From positions 4,243 to 68,242 of the forward strand of contig NZ_OBEN01000007.1 in assembly GCF_900215655.1 (NCBI RefSeq): DNA of 64,000 nucleotides, given 5' to 3'. The translations under genes and the position numbers were made by a program. This document shows positions 28,472 through 39,708 of the stretch, in pieces; position 1 is the stretch's first letter, and every line of letters begins with the position of its first letter. The notes under the pieces are model-generated. The model ran no database searches. It saw only the letters and a program-made list of their open reading frames with translations, and was not told the DNA's origin. This DNA comes from Hydrogenobacter hydrogenophilus. Lineage in GTDB: Bacteria > Aquificota > Aquificia > Aquificales > Aquificaceae.

Positions 28472-29136
28472 AAGGGCCTGCCTGGAACCTTTTCCCAATC
28501 TTTGAGAAACTGCTCCAATCCTTTGTCAGTTAGAGGATGATTGAAGAGCTTTTTCATCACTTCAAAGGGCATGGTGCATATATCAGCACCTATGAGAGCA
28601 GCCTCCACCACATGCATGGGGTGGCGCACACTTGCTACTATGATCTGTGTATCTATGTCGTAGTTATCAAAGATGGTTTTGACTTCTCTTATGAGCTTCA
28701 TACCTTCTCCAGATATATCATCCAGTCTTCCTATGAAGGGGGAGACAAAGGTGGCACCTGCCTTTGCAGCAATGAGAGCTTGAGCGGGTGAGAAGATGAG
28801 AGTCACATTTACAGGTATGCCTTCAGATTCAAGTACTTGAATGGCTTTTACACCTTCTGGAGTCATGGGTATCTTTACCACCACATTATCGCCAAGCTCA
28901 GCAAGCATCCTTCCCTCTTTTATCATACCTTCCGCGTTAAGGGAAACAGTTTCTAAGCTCACAGGACCATCTACGAGTTTAACTATCTCTTTAGCTACTT
29001 CCATAAAGGATCTACCCGTCTTGGCTATAAGCGTGGGATTAGTGGTCACGCCGTCAAGGATACCCCACTCTAACGCTTGCTTTATTTCGTCTACATTTCC
29101 TGTATCCAAAAAGAACTGCATCTTGTCCGCCTCCAT
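28468..29136 (-). CDS. tal: Transaldolase (short, FSA/MipB-type)
   Basis: 222 aa. [14 protein letters not shown] and Schiff-base Lys region VVVKIPMT. Stop codon overlaps the rseP stop within a TTTAAA palindrome. Confidence 0.85.
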   Translation of the reverse strand: MEADKMQFFLDTGNVDEIKQALEWGILDGVTTNPTLIAKTGRSFMEVAKEIVKLVDGPVSLETVSLNAEGMIKEGRMLAELGDNVVVKIPMTPEGVKAIQVLESEGIPVNVTLIFSPAQALIAAKAGATFVSPFIGRLDDISGEGMKLIREVKTIFDNYDIDTQIIVASVRHPMHVVEAALIGADICTMPFEVMKKLFNHPLTDKGLEQFLKDWEKVPGRPF

Positions 29137-29141
29137 AATAA

Positions 29142-30467
29142 TTATACCACAGCACCTTTTTTGAGTTCAAGGAATTCTAAAACCCTCTGTGCTACCTGAT
29201 AAGATGCTCTAATACAATCTGCTACGGATACACCGTAAAGGTAATTGCCCGTTAGAAATAGACCTGGTTGTTCCTTTTCTATGGAATTTGCCAAGTCCAA
29301 GTACCTACCGTATCCCAGCGTGTACTGAGGTATTCCCTTCTTCCAGCGCGTTATCCTTATAATTTCAAAATGCTCTATTTTTAGTATTTCCTTTAATTCT
29401 TTTTCTACAATGCTCACCACTGCTTCGTCTGAGTAATCTACTATCTGCGGATCTGTAGCTCCACCTAAGTATAAGGTAAGCAGGTCCTTTCCTTTGGGGC
29501 TTCTACCCGCAAAGAGCTGTGAGGAGAATATCACACCAAGTATTCTTTTGCCTTCCCTTCTTGGCACCAAAAAGCCAAAGCCCTCTGGCAGACTACCCGC
29601 ATTTACGGATATGTGCATCACAAGTACAGGCGCATAGTAAATCTTATCAAATTCTTCTGACACGCTCCAAGAGAGATCTCTGAGGAGGTAGCTTGCGGAT
29701 GTAGAGGGTGTAGCAACTACTACCGCTTTGGCTGAAAACTTACCCTCCTTGGTGTCCAAAAGGAAAAACTCATCTTTCCTTCTTATTCTTAGGACTACAT
29801 TTCCTTTGAGCACTTCAAGTTTTTCTGAAAGTTTGTTTATTAAGGTTTTATTGCCATCTTTAAAAGATATGAGTTTTCCAGAAGGACCTAAGGCTTTTAA
29901 CTTTATGGCACCCCTTATAACGCTTCCGTACCTTTCTTCAAGCTCATACACTTTTCTGACCGCATACTTTACGGAAAGTTCTTCTGGGTCTCCCGCATAA
30001 ACTCCAGACACAAAGGGTGCAACCACATAATCTAAAAACTCTTTTCCAAACCTGCGCCTTACAAACTCCGCTATACTCTCTTCTTTTTTGGGAGATTTGG
30101 GCACAAAGGGTTCTCTCAGGAGCCTGAGTTTTCCACTAAAGGACAGGAAGGGTGATGTGATAAACTCCAAAGGAGAAAGGGGAAGAGCAACGAGCCTGCC
30201 CTTTTTATATATGTACCTTTTTTTGGAAGATGGGTTGGCATATATGGGTTCTAAATGCAGGTCCTTTAAAAAATCTTCCATCTTACTATCTGCAAGAACT
30301 GTCTGAGGTCCCAATTCACACAGATACCCATCTATGTATTCACTCTGTATGTTTCCTCCCAAAACCTCTTCCTTTTCAAAGACCTTTACTTCTACACCAG
30401 CTTTTTTTAGATGATGAGCTACCGAAAGACCAGATATACCGCTTCCTATTATCGCAACTTCCATCAT
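29142..30467 (-). CDS. FAD-dependent amine-oxidase-family enzyme, probably protoporphyrinogen oxidase
   Basis: [21 protein letters not shown]...GGNIQS dinucleotide-binding motif. 441 aa. C-terminal [13 protein letters not shown]. Confidence 0.55.
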   Translation of the reverse strand: MMEVAIIGSGISGLSVAHHLKKAGVEVKVFEKEEVLGGNIQSEYIDGYLCELGPQTVLADSKMEDFLKDLHLEPIYANPSSKKRYIYKKGRLVALPLSPLEFITSPFLSFSGKLRLLREPFVPKSPKKEESIAEFVRRRFGKEFLDYVVAPFVSGVYAGDPEELSVKYAVRKVYELEERYGSVIRGAIKLKALGPSGKLISFKDGNKTLINKLSEKLEVLKGNVVLRIRRKDEFFLLDTKEGKFSAKAVVVATPSTSASYLLRDLSWSVSEEFDKIYYAPVLVMHISVNAGSLPEGFGFLVPRREGKRILGVIFSSQLFAGRSPKGKDLLTLYLGGATDPQIVDYSDEAVVSIVEKELKEILKIEHFEIIRITRWKKGIPQYTLGYGRYLDLANSIEKEQPGLFLTGNYLYGVSVADCIRASYQVAQRVLEFLELKKGAVV

Positions 30468-31267
30468 GATTTGTAAGGAACACCCTTTAAAGGAGAAGAG
30501 GGAACTGCGTATGTTCTCTTTGGCATTCTACCTGCAAGGTAAGAGAGCCTACCTGCTATCACTGCGTACTTCATGGCTACTGCCATCTTTATGGGGTCCT
30601 TTGCTTCTGCAAGAGCAGTGTTGGTAAGAATGGCATCAACGCCAAGCTCCATAACGGGTGGTATGTCAGCGGCGCTTCCTATACCAGCGTCCACTATAAC
30701 GGGGATAGAAACAGACTCTTTGATAAACATAATGTTGTAGGGGTTTTGAAGTCCAAGTCCTGATCCTATGGGTGCTGCCAAGGGCATAACCGCTGCACAG
30801 CCTACATCTTCAAACTTTTTGGCATAAACAGGATCATCAAATATGTAAGGAAGTACCACAAAACCTTCTTTCACCAAAATTTTAGCAGCTTTCAGGGTCT
30901 CTTCCATGTCCGGAAGGAGTGTTTTTTGGTCTCCTATAACCTCAAGCTTTATCCAGTTTATGCCTGTGGCTTCTCTTGCAAGCATGGCGGTTTTAATGGC
31001 CTCTTCTGCAGTATAACAACCAGCAGTGTTGGGAAGTATTAGGTACTTTTTGGGGTCTATATAATCTAACAAGTTTTCCTTATTTGGGTCTGTAATGTTA
31101 ACTCTTCTGACTGCTACCGTTATTATTTCCGCACCGCTCGCTTCAAGGACTTCCTTATTCTGCTGAAAGCTTTTGAACTTTCCAGAGCCTATTATGAGCC
31201 TTGACCTAAATGTCCTTCCTGCTATTTCAAGTGGGTCTTCCTCTAAGAGCTTTTCCACATCAAGCAT
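30464..31267 (-). CDS. thiG: Thiazole synthase ThiG
   Basis: 267 aa TIM-barrel protein with ThiG-like motifs ([22 protein letters not shown]). Confidence 0.9.
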   Translation of the reverse strand: MLDVEKLLEEDPLEIAGRTFRSRLIIGSGKFKSFQQNKEVLEASGAEIITVAVRRVNITDPNKENLLDYIDPKKYLILPNTAGCYTAEEAIKTAMLAREATGINWIKLEVIGDQKTLLPDMEETLKAAKILVKEGFVVLPYIFDDPVYAKKFEDVGCAAVMPLAAPIGSGLGLQNPYNIMFIKESVSIPVIVDAGIGSAADIPPVMELGVDAILTNTALAEAKDPIKMAVAMKYAVIAGRLSYLAGRMPKRTYAVPSSPLKGVPYKS

Positions 31268-31294
31268 ATAAAACCTCCGTGAATAGATTTTATA

Positions 31295-31501
31295 TCAACC
31301 GCCACCTACCAAGTGTATGATCTCAACACTATCGCCTTCTTTTAACCTTACATCCGTGTATTTACTCTTAGGAATTACCTCTCCGTTAACAGAGATGGCA
31401 AGCCCTACCTCTCTAAAGGCTATACCCAAGTAGTTCAGAAGTTCATTCAAGTTAAGCTCTCTCTCTACTTCTCTTGGCTCACCGTTTATGTAAAGAACCA
31501 T
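31295..31501 (-). CDS. thiS: Sulfur carrier protein ThiS
   Basis: 68 aa ubiquitin-like protein ending in GGG. Directly upstream of thiG. Confidence 0.8.
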   Translation of the reverse strand: MVLYINGEPREVERELNLNELLNYLGIAFREVGLAISVNGEVIPKSKYTDVRLKEGDSVEIIHLVGGG

Positions 31502-31570
31502 GTGTATAAAATATACATTTTAAAAGCTTCATCATCAAGGGGAGCGTTGTATAATTCTTTCCTACATGCC

Positions 31571-32431
31571 ATGAGAGGGATTTTAGAGGTTTTGCCTTTT
31601 TTGCTGTTTCTTGTGGTAGTGTTTGGTGCTATCTTTGGAGTAGACCTTTTAAAAATCGTAGGGGGTGCTAATATGCCTTTGGTTATTCTCTTGGTTTTAG
31701 TGGTTATCTTTTTATCAGTAAGTGTTAAGATAGTTCCCGAATACCAAAGAGCGGTTATTTTTAGGCTGGGAAGGGTTATAGGAGCAAAGGGTCCAGGGCT
31801 TTTTATACTCATACCCATAATAGACAGAATGGTCAAAATGGACCTCAGAACTGTGACTCTTGATGTGCCCACTCAGGACATAATAACTAAGGACAATGTG
31901 TCTGTCAGCGTGGACGCGGTTGTCTATTTCAGAGTTGTAGATCCGGTAAAGGCTGTGGTGGAAGTAGAAAACTACTACTATGCTACATCGCAGATAGCTC
32001 AAACTACTTTAAGAAGCGTTTGCGGTGCTGTGGAACTTGACGAGCTTCTTGCAGAGAGGGAAAAGCTAAACATACAACTGCAGGAGATAATAGACAGGCA
32101 AACAGACCCATGGGGCGTCAAGGTGGTGGCGGTAGAGCTAAAAAAGATAGACCTTCCTGAGGAACTCAGGCGTGCTATGGCAAGGCAGGCAGAAGCAGAA
32201 AGAGAAAGAAGAGCTAAGATCATAACCGCAGAAGCAGAGTATCAGGCGGCTCAAAAGCTTGCAGACGCTGCCAAGATCTTAGCATCAGAACCCTTAGCTT
32301 TGCAAATTAGATATCTGGAAACAATACAGACAGTTAGTTCAAAGCCGGGCAACACCATCCTAATACCCATTCCCTTGGAGATGATGAAGTTTTTCACAAA
32401 AGATGAGGAAAAGATACAGGGTAAGAGTTAA
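31571..32431 (+). CDS. SPFH/band-7 (stomatin-like) membrane protein
   Basis: Hydrophobic N-terminus followed by [18 protein letters not shown] and an Ala/Glu-rich coiled coil ([17 protein letters not shown]). Start uncertain (31571 or 31673). Confidence 0.75.
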   Translation: MRGILEVLPFLLFLVVVFGAIFGVDLLKIVGGANMPLVILLVLVVIFLSVSVKIVPEYQRAVIFRLGRVIGAKGPGLFILIPIIDRMVKMDLRTVTLDVPTQDIITKDNVSVSVDAVVYFRVVDPVKAVVEVENYYYATSQIAQTTLRSVCGAVELDELLAEREKLNIQLQEIIDRQTDPWGVKVVAVELKKIDLPEELRRAMARQAEAERERRAKIITAEAEYQAAQKLADAAKILASEPLALQIRYLETIQTVSSKPGNTILIPIPLEMMKFFTKDEEKIQGKS

Positions 32432-33269
32432 TCGCTCAGGAATCATCTTCATAGGCATAACGGTATTTTTTGGTGTTGCAGCGGTAAACACAGCAAACAA
32501 CCTCCTTTACTTAGTTGTGTCTTCTATGCTTTCCTTTATGTTAGTATCTGGCTTGATCTCTCTTTATAACCTGCGTGGCCTCAGTATCAAGCTTATCCCA
32601 CCTGCGGAAGTTTATGCCATGAGGTACGAAAATTTTAGGCTATTAGTAGAAAACAGAAAGAGACTACCCTCCTTCCTCATAAGATTCCCTTCTAAACTAA
32701 AAGATGAAACCCTGCCAATAATCTTCAAAAGAGGAGAAACTAATGTAAGTCTATTTTTTGAAAGGAGAGGTCTTTATCAAAATGTGCAAGTTGTTATAGC
32801 AACAAGCTTTCCTGTGGGACTTTTTGAGAGATACTATGTAGAAGTTGTGCCTATAAACTTAGTGGTTTTTCCTAAGCCAATTCCTACAAAGCTAAGCTTT
32901 TTAGAAAGCTCATCTACCAAGGAGATGGGAGAGAGTTTCCAGAGTCTTACCAGAGGATACGACGAGGTGCATTCCATAAGGGAGTACAGAGGAGAACCTG
33001 TAAAGCTTATACACTGGAAAGCTTCTGCCAAAACAGGCAAGCTTTATGTAAAGGATACCTACTCGCAGGAAAAAAGCCCTATAGTGCTTTCCCTTGATTT
33101 AGTTGATGGTAGCAAAGAAGAAAAAGTCTCTAAACTGGCTTATCTTGTGATAAAGCTGATAAGTGAAGGCTATCCCGTAGGGCTAAAGATAGGTGAGGAC
33201 ATAATACCTCCTGCTACTGGTGAAAGGCACAAAAGGGAGATTCTTACCGCCTTAGCTCTCCTCAAATAG
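32403..33269 (+). CDS. DUF58-family protein
   Basis: Two N-terminal TM helices and the signature [30 protein letters not shown]. Confidence 0.5.
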   Translation: MRKRYRVRVNRSGIIFIGITVFFGVAAVNTANNLLYLVVSSMLSFMLVSGLISLYNLRGLSIKLIPPAEVYAMRYENFRLLVENRKRLPSFLIRFPSKLKDETLPIIFKRGETNVSLFFERRGLYQNVQVVIATSFPVGLFERYYVEVVPINLVVFPKPIPTKLSFLESSSTKEMGESFQSLTRGYDEVHSIREYRGEPVKLIHWKASAKTGKLYVKDTYSQEKSPIVLSLDLVDGSKEEKVSKLAYLVIKLISEGYPVGLKIGEDIIPPATGERHKREILTALALLK

Positions 33270-34343
33270 AGCCTTAGGGTAAGAACCAAGGATCTTTATG
33301 ATACGGTTGTTTTTGGAAAGGGACTCCAGCGCCATTTTGACATTCTCATCTTCCATGTGTCCGTCCAAGTCAACAAAGAAGACATAATCCCACGCCTTCT
33401 TTTTAGAAGGTCTTGACTCTATTTTAGTAAGGTTAACTCCGTATATGTAAAAGCTTTCTAAAGTTTTGTAAAGATCACCAGGTTTGTTTCTGACTGCAAG
33501 TATGAGGCTCGTTTTGTCCTTCCCTGTTCGTTTCACACTTCTCTTTCCTATAACGAGAAATCTGGTGAAGTTGTTAGAACTGTCCTGTATGTTTTCTGCA
33601 AGGATGCCCAGATGATAAGTGTAAGATGCCACTTCACTGGCTATGGCTGCAGCATCTTCAAGCTCAAGAACTATCTCACATGCCCTTGCGGTGCTTTCCG
33701 TTTCTATGATCTGAGCATTTGGTAAGTTTTTATCTAACCAAGTCCTACATTGAGCTAAGGCATGCCTGTGAGAGTATATTCTTTTCACATCTTTTAGGTT
33801 TGAGAGGTTAGAGAGGAGGTGTAGCCTTATAGGAATGACTACCTCACCTACTATCTTTAGGTCATACTCTAAAAACATGTCAAGGGTGTAATTGACAACA
33901 CCTTCTATAGTGTTCTCTACAGGCACCACGCCGTAATCTACTCTGTCCAAGTCCACTTCACTGAAAACATCCCTTATGGTACTTACAGGTACATAATGTA
34001 CGGAAAAACCAAAATACTCAAGAGCAGCCTGATGGGTAAAAGTGGCTTTTGGTCCCAAATAGGCAACCCTTAGTGGTTTTTCAACAGATAAACACGCAGA
34101 CATAACTTCCCTGTATACATGAAAAAGAGCCTCTTCGGGAAACTTTCCGCCGTAAAGTTCTCTGTTTAGTTTTAGGAGCCTCTCAAATACCTCTCTTTCC
34201 CTTTCTGGTGCGTGTATATCAAGCCCTGCGTTTTTTTTAAGCTCGCCTATCCTTTGAGCTATACTTATCCTTTCGTTAAGGAGTCTTAGGATCTCCTCAT
34301 CTATACGGTCTATTTCCTTCCGTAAAGCCCATATCTCGTCCAT
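33252..34343 (-). CDS. pheA: Bifunctional chorismate mutase / prephenate dehydratase
   Basis: N-terminal CM helix (RKEIDRIDEEILRLLNER), PDT domain (VAYLGPKATFTHQAA, TRF) and C-terminal ACT domain. Confidence 0.9.
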   Translation of the reverse strand: MDEIWALRKEIDRIDEEILRLLNERISIAQRIGELKKNAGLDIHAPEREREVFERLLKLNRELYGGKFPEEALFHVYREVMSACLSVEKPLRVAYLGPKATFTHQAALEYFGFSVHYVPVSTIRDVFSEVDLDRVDYGVVPVENTIEGVVNYTLDMFLEYDLKIVGEVVIPIRLHLLSNLSNLKDVKRIYSHRHALAQCRTWLDKNLPNAQIIETESTARACEIVLELEDAAAIASEVASYTYHLGILAENIQDSSNNFTRFLVIGKRSVKRTGKDKTSLILAVRNKPGDLYKTLESFYIYGVNLTKIESRPSKKKAWDYVFFVDLDGHMEDENVKMALESLSKNNRIIKILGSYPKALFEES

Positions 34344-34743
34344 GAGAATAGTTTATATAAAAATAGGGATTTTCTTTACTTCTCTGTTTCCAGTATTTGC
34401 GCCTTTTTCTGTAGACTTCTCTTAGATATTCCGGAAGGGTTAAGCTTGGATGTCTGCCCTTTGCTATACTGCGAAGGTGCCACCACCACTTTTCGGGAGG
34501 TTGTGTAGGATCATCCGTTAGAGGTTCATCAGAACTATCAAGAAGGTCTATAAACCTGTGTACATTCTGAAGAAGTTTCCTGTCCGTTTTTCTTACATAC
34601 ACGCTATCATCAAGTCCTTCCTGATGTATCTTTTCTCTGAGCCTTATTATAAGGTCTGGGTATCCTATACCGTAGTTCAAAAGCATTTCCACTTCTGCAA
34701 AATAAACATAATCTGTATCAAGTTTCCTTTTTAACTCTCCCAT
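34297..34743 (-). CDS. Hypothetical protein (148 aa). Its 3' end overlaps the pheA start by 47 nt.
   Basis: ORF only. Charged, Trp-rich, no recognised motif. Confidence 0.3.
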   Translation of the reverse strand: MGELKRKLDTDYVYFAEVEMLLNYGIGYPDLIIRLREKIHQEGLDDSVYVRKTDRKLLQNVHRFIDLLDSSDEPLTDDPTQPPEKWWWHLRSIAKGRHPSLTLPEYLREVYRKRRKYWKQRSKENPYFYINYSHGRDMGFTEGNRPYR

Positions 34744-34758
34744 ATAACTTATTATAAC

Positions 34759-35802
34759 ATGACAAAAATCATTGTGGTAGGAAGCGGAATTATAGGTCTT
34801 AGTAGTGCGCTTTTTTTGTCTCTTTCTGGCTTTAGGGTAAGTCTTATAACCAAAAATCCTGAGGAAGCGGTATCATGGGTGGCAGGAGGCATGTTGGCAC
34901 CTTTTTCAGAGGGGCTCGAAGGTGTGCTATTTGATTTCTCTTACCGTAGTCTAAAGGAGTATCCGTCCTATGTGGAACTCATCAGAGAAGTGTCTGGGCA
35001 AAAGATAGATCTGTGGATGGAAGGTATAAACAGAGTGGTGCTAAAGGGAGAGGAAGATACCCTTAGAAAGGCAAGGAGGTACATTAAAGAGGGTTTTAAG
35101 CTTGAGATATTAACGCCTAAAGCTCAGCTTTCTGATTGTGTGGACTGCGTTATACATTACGCGGAGGAAGGTTGGGTAGATGTACCTATGCTTATGGATG
35201 CTCTTCTGTTTGCGATAAACAGAGAGGGTGTGGAGTTTATAACAGACAGAATACACAAAGTGATTACCAAAGACAGAAGGGTTATCAGGTTAGAAGGCGT
35301 TAAAAACAGATACGAAGCGGACTTTTATGTGTTTTGCACCGGCACATGGACAAGGGAGCTTTTTGACCTTCCCGTCTTTCCTGTCAAAGGTCAGGCTCTT
35401 AAGGTAAAGTATCCTCATGTGGATAGGGTTTACTACTCTTTAATTTCTTACATAATTCCAAGGAGTAAGTATGTTTATATAGGTGCAACCACCGAAAAAC
35501 AAAACACAGACCCTCAGGTATCTCTTGAAGGCATAAAGACGCTATCGGAAAACGCTATACGTATAATGCCTACCATAAGCTCCGCTCAGTTTTTATCCGC
35601 TGTGGTAGGTTTCAGACCAGCCACACCTGATGAACTTCCCATCTTTGATCTTGGAGAGAACTACATGCTACTGACAGGACACTACAGAAACGGCATACTT
35701 CATGCTCCTATGACTGTAAGAGTATTACAGGATTACTTACTTAAAGGTGAGAGGTCTTACTACTTGGACTACTTTTCCCCAGAAAGGTTCAAAAACCCAT
35801 GA
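34759..35802 (+). CDS. FAD-dependent glycine/D-amino-acid oxidase family protein (ThiO-like)
   Basis: IIVVGSGIIGLSSALFL dinucleotide fold. 347 aa. Confidence 0.55.
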   Translation: MTKIIVVGSGIIGLSSALFLSLSGFRVSLITKNPEEAVSWVAGGMLAPFSEGLEGVLFDFSYRSLKEYPSYVELIREVSGQKIDLWMEGINRVVLKGEEDTLRKARRYIKEGFKLEILTPKAQLSDCVDCVIHYAEEGWVDVPMLMDALLFAINREGVEFITDRIHKVITKDRRVIRLEGVKNRYEADFYVFCTGTWTRELFDLPVFPVKGQALKVKYPHVDRVYYSLISYIIPRSKYVYIGATTEKQNTDPQVSLEGIKTLSENAIRIMPTISSAQFLSAVVGFRPATPDELPIFDLGENYMLLTGHYRNGILHAPMTVRVLQDYLLKGERSYYLDYFSPERFKNP

Positions 35803-35867
35803 TTTAAGTTAGCACTTTTTGTAAGGGGAAGTTATAATAAATGATCCACTAACAAAAGGAGGTGTGT

Positions 35868-36287
35868 ATGAAGGTAAAGGTGGTGCAAAAAGAGGACTTT
35901 CACTTTGTGGGTAGTGGTGAATCCGGAAGGGAAGTGCTCATAGATGCTGCTGGGTATGTGGGTGGTAAAGGAAGGGGTGTAAGGCCACCGGAACTTCTCT
36001 TTCATTCCATAGCAGGATGCGTAGGCATACACCTTTACGAGGCTCTTCATAAGGAAGGCAAGCACACACAACACATAGAGATAGAAACAGACGCGGAGAG
36101 AATAACTGAGGGCTATCCAAAAGTTTTTACCAAAATATACCTCTTTGTAAAAGTTAAAGGAGATGTAAGTGAAGAGGACGTTAAAAAGGCTCTGGACAAG
36201 GTGATTTACAACCCTGGTACCTGCTCCATAGCCTACATGATAAACCAAGTGGCACCCATAGAGTATAAGGTGGAACTCATAAGCTGA
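35868..36287 (+). CDS. OsmC/Ohr-family peroxiredoxin-like protein
   Basis: OsmC-fold Cys pair (HSIAGCVG ... PGTCSIAYMI). GGAGGTG SD before the ATG at 35868. Confidence 0.75.
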   Translation: MKVKVVQKEDFHFVGSGESGREVLIDAAGYVGGKGRGVRPPELLFHSIAGCVGIHLYEALHKEGKHTQHIEIETDAERITEGYPKVFTKIYLFVKVKGDVSEEDVKKALDKVIYNPGTCSIAYMINQVAPIEYKVELIS

Positions 36288-36300
36288 GCGGAGGCAGACC

Positions 36301-37719
36301 ATGTTTAAAAAAGTCCTTATAGCCAACAGAGGAGAAATAGCCTGTAGGATAATAAGGGCTTGCAAAGAACTTGGCATACAGACAGTAGCCATATACAACG
36401 AGATAGAAGCTACCGCAAGACATGTAAAGATGGCTGATGAAGCCTACATGATAGGCGTAAACCCCTTAGACACATATCTTAATGCTGAAAGGATAGTGGA
36501 TCTCGCTCTTGAAGTAGGGGCTGATGCCATACATCCCGGTTATGGTTTCCTTGCGGAAAACGAACATTTTGCGCGTCTATGTGAAGAAAAGGGCATAGTG
36601 TTCATAGGTCCCCACTGGAAGGTTATAGAACTTATGGGAGATAAAGCAAGATCAAAGGAGGTTATGAAAAAAGCGGGTGTCCCAACAGTACCTGGCAGTG
36701 ATGGAATATTAAAAGATGTAGAAGAGGCAAAAGCTATAGCAAGAGAGATAGGATACCCAGTGCTTCTTAAGGCTTCCGCAGGTGGTGGAGGAAGAGGTAT
36801 AAGGATATGCAGGAACGAGGAGGAGCTTGTTAGAAATTATGAAAACGCGTACAACGAAGCGGTCAAAGCCTTCGGAAGAGGTGATCTTCTCCTTGAGAAG
36901 TATGTAGAAAACCCAAAGCACATAGAGTTTCAAGTTCTTGGGGACAAGTACGGTAATGTCATACACTTAGGAGAGAGGGACTGTTCCATACAGAGAAGAA
37001 ACCAAAAGCTTGTGGAGATAGCTCCTTCCTTACTTTTGACTCCTGAGCAGAGGGAGTATTACGGAAGCTTGGTGGTAAAAGCGGCAAAGGAGATAGGTTA
37101 TTACAGTGCAGGAACTATGGAGTTCATAGCGGACGAGAAAGGAAACCTTTACTTTATTGAGATGAACACAAGAATACAGGTAGAACATCCTGTGACGGAA
37201 ATGATAACGGGCATAGACATAGTAAAGTGGCAAATAAGGATAGCAGCAGGAGAAAAACTCAGGTACTCTCAAGAAGACATAAAGTTCAACGGTTTTTCCA
37301 TAGAGTGCAGAATAAACGCAGAAGATCCCAAGAAGAACTTTGCACCCAGCATAGGTACCATAGAAAGGTACTATGTGCCGGGAGGCTTTGGTATAAGGGT
37401 GGAGCATGCAGCTTCAAAGGGCTACGAGATCACACCCTATTATGATTCTTTAATAGCCAAACTTATAGTGTGGGCTCCCCTTTGGGAGGTTGCGGTGGAT
37501 AGGATGAGGGCAGCGTTAGAGACTTACGAAATATCCGGTGTAAAAACCACCATACCCCTTTTGATAAACATCATGAAAGAAAAGGACTTTAGAAGCGGAA
37601 AGTTTACTACCAAATACTTGGAGGAGCACCCCGAAGTTTTTGATTACGCAGAGCACAGAGATAAAGAAGATTTTGTAGCCTTTATATCCGCTGCCATAGC
37701 AAGTTATCACGGACTTTGA
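36301..37719 (+). CDS. Biotin carboxylase subunit (pyruvate carboxylase subunit A / 2-oxoglutarate carboxylase small subunit type)
   Basis: 472 aa. ATP-grasp GGGGRGIRIC, EMNTRIQVEHPVTE. Confidence 0.9.
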   Translation: MFKKVLIANRGEIACRIIRACKELGIQTVAIYNEIEATARHVKMADEAYMIGVNPLDTYLNAERIVDLALEVGADAIHPGYGFLAENEHFARLCEEKGIVFIGPHWKVIELMGDKARSKEVMKKAGVPTVPGSDGILKDVEEAKAIAREIGYPVLLKASAGGGGRGIRICRNEEELVRNYENAYNEAVKAFGRGDLLLEKYVENPKHIEFQVLGDKYGNVIHLGERDCSIQRRNQKLVEIAPSLLLTPEQREYYGSLVVKAAKEIGYYSAGTMEFIADEKGNLYFIEMNTRIQVEHPVTEMITGIDIVKWQIRIAAGEKLRYSQEDIKFNGFSIECRINAEDPKKNFAPSIGTIERYYVPGGFGIRVEHAASKGYEITPYYDSLIAKLIVWAPLWEVAVDRMRAALETYEISGVKTTIPLLINIMKEKDFRSGKFTTKYLEEHPEVFDYAEHRDKEDFVAFISAAIASYHGL

Positions 37720-37749
37720 TATAAAAAACTTGGTCTGGAGGTATAAGGT

Positions 37750-39708
37750 ATGCATGTAGTAGAGATTATGGAAGAGATAAGAGAAAAGATGAAAGAGTTT
37801 GAGAAGGGAGGGTTTAGAAAAAAAATACTCATAACTGACCTCACACCAAGAGATGGCCAACAGTGTAAGTTAGCTACAAGGGTTAGAACGGAAGACTTAC
37901 TGCCTCTTTGCGAGGCTATGGATAAAGTGGGGTTTTATGCGGTTGAGGTTTGGGGAGGTGCCACTTACGATGTGTCTCTTAGATACCTCAAAGAAGACCC
38001 TTGGGAAAGGTTAAGGCGTATAAAGGAGGTTATGCCCAACACAAAACTCCAGATGCTATTCAGAGGACAGAACATAGTAGGATACAGGCCCAAATCTGAC
38101 AAGCTCGTTTATAAGTTTGTAGAAAGAGCCATAAAGAACGGCATAACCGTTTTTAGAGTGTTTGATGCCCTAAATGACAACAGAAACATAAAGACCGCTG
38201 TAAAAGCCATAAAAGAGTTTGGTGGTGAAGCTCACGCGGAAATAAGCTACACAAGAAGCCCTATCCACACATACCAAAAGTGGATAGAGTATGCCCTTGA
38301 AATAGCAGAAATGGGTGCGGATTGGCTTTCCTTCAAAGATGCTACAGGTATTATTATGCCCTTTGAGACCTATGCCATCATAAAAGGTATAAAGGAGGCT
38401 ACCGGTGGAAAATTGCCTGTACTACTTCATAACCACGACATGAGCGGGACAGCCATAGTCAATCACATGATGGCTGTGCTTGCAGGGGTTGATATGTTGG
38501 ATACGGTGCTTTCTCCCCTCGCCTTTGGTTCCTCTCATCCAGCTACAGAATCTGTGGTTGCCATGCTTGAAGGCACGCCCTTTGACACAGGTCTGGACAT
38601 GAGAAAGTTAGATGAACTTGCGGAAATAGTCAAGCAGATAAGGAAGAAGTACAAAAAGTACGAAACCGAGTACGCAGGAGTCAACGCAAAAGTGCTCATA
38701 CACAAGATACCCGGTGGCATGATATCCAACATGGTAGCCCAACTCATAGAAGCAAACGCTTTGGACAAGATAGAACAAGCCCTTGCGGAAGTACCTAATG
38801 TAGAAAGGGACTTAGGATACCCACCACTTCTGACACCTTCCTCACAGATAGTAGGCGTTCAGGCTGTTTTGAATGTCATATCCGGTGAGCGCTACAAAGT
38901 TATAACAAAAGAAGTAAGAGACTATGTGGAAGGCAAATACGGAAAGCCACCAGGTCCCATATCCAAGGAGCTTGTAGAGAAGATCCTTGGACCTGGAAAA
39001 GAACCAGATTTCTCCATAAGAGCAGCGGACCTTGCAGACCCTAACGACTGGGATAAAGCATACGAAGAGACAAAGGCGATTCTTGGAAGAGAACCCACAG
39101 ATGAAGAGGTGCTACTGTATGCGCTGTTCCCCATGCAGGCAAAAGACTTTTTCATAGCAAGAGAAAAAGGAGAGCTTCATCCAGAACCTGTTGAGGAGCT
39201 TGCAGAAGCTACAGAAGTCAAACCCGGCACAGTGCCTGGTGCTGCACCCGTTGAATTTGAAATAATCTATCACGGTGAGAAGTTTAAGGTAAAGATAGAA
39301 GGTGTAAGCGCTCATCAGGAACCAGGAAAACCCAGAAAGTACTACATAAAGGTGGATGGAAGACTGGAAGAGGTTCAGTTAACACCCATAGTAGAGGCGG
39401 TACCTTCGGGTGGTCCATCTGCGGTAGCAGTTCAGGCAGAAGAGAAAGGCATACCAAAAGCTACACAACCCGGAGATGCCACCGCTCCCATGCCGGGAAG
39501 GGTAGTTAGAGTTCTCGTACAGGAAGGCGAAAGCGTAAAAGAAGGGCAAACAGTAGCCATAGTGGAAGCTATGAAGATGGAAAACGAGATACACGCTCCC
39601 ATAAGTGGTGTTGTAAAGAAGATCTTCGTAAAACCCGGTGATAATGTAACGCCCGACGATGCCCTTCTGAGAATAGAACCTGTAGAGGAAGAGATCAGCT
39701 ACGGCTAA
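37750..39708 (+). CDS. Carboxyltransferase plus biotinyl-carrier large subunit (pyruvate carboxylase subunit B / CfiA-like)
   Basis: 652 aa. N-terminal HMGL-like TIM barrel, C-terminal biotinyl domain EAMKMENEI. Confidence 0.85.
   Translation: MHVVEIMEEIREKMKEFEKGGFRKKILITDLTPRDGQQCKLATRVRTEDLLPLCEAMDKVGFYAVEVWGGATYDVSLRYLKEDPWERLRRIKEVMPNTKLQMLFRGQNIVGYRPKSDKLVYKFVERAIKNGITVFRVFDALNDNRNIKTAVKAIKEFGGEAHAEISYTRSPIHTYQKWIEYALEIAEMGADWLSFKDATGIIMPFETYAIIKGIKEATGGKLPVLLHNHDMSGTAIVNHMMAVLAGVDMLDTVLSPLAFGSSHPATESVVAMLEGTPFDTGLDMRKLDELAEIVKQIRKKYKKYETEYAGVNAKVLIHKIPGGMISNMVAQLIEANALDKIEQALAEVPNVERDLGYPPLLTPSSQIVGVQAVLNVISGERYKVITKEVRDYVEGKYGKPPGPISKELVEKILGPGKEPDFSIRAADLADPNDWDKAYEETKAILGREPTDEEVLLYALFPMQAKDFFIAREKGELHPEPVEELAEATEVKPGTVPGAAPVEFEIIYHGEKFKVKIEGVSAHQEPGKPRKYYIKVDGRLEEVQLTPIVEAVPSGGPSAVAVQAEEKGIPKATQPGDATAPMPGRVVRVLVQEGESVKEGQTVAIVEAMKMENEIHAPISGVVKKIFVKPGDNVTPDDALLRIEPVEEEISYG

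Noticed and set aside
31502-31700. Looked for a TPP riboswitch (THI-box, CTGAGA core) upstream of thiS-thiG
   Set aside because: No CTGAGA or conserved THI-box stem sequences on the relevant strand. The intergenic space is under 70 nt and is occupied by the divergent SPFH gene start.
31486-31872. 128-aa - strand ORF
   Set aside because: Antisense to the SPFH gene 5' region. No RBS or promoter. Hydrophilic, low-complexity.
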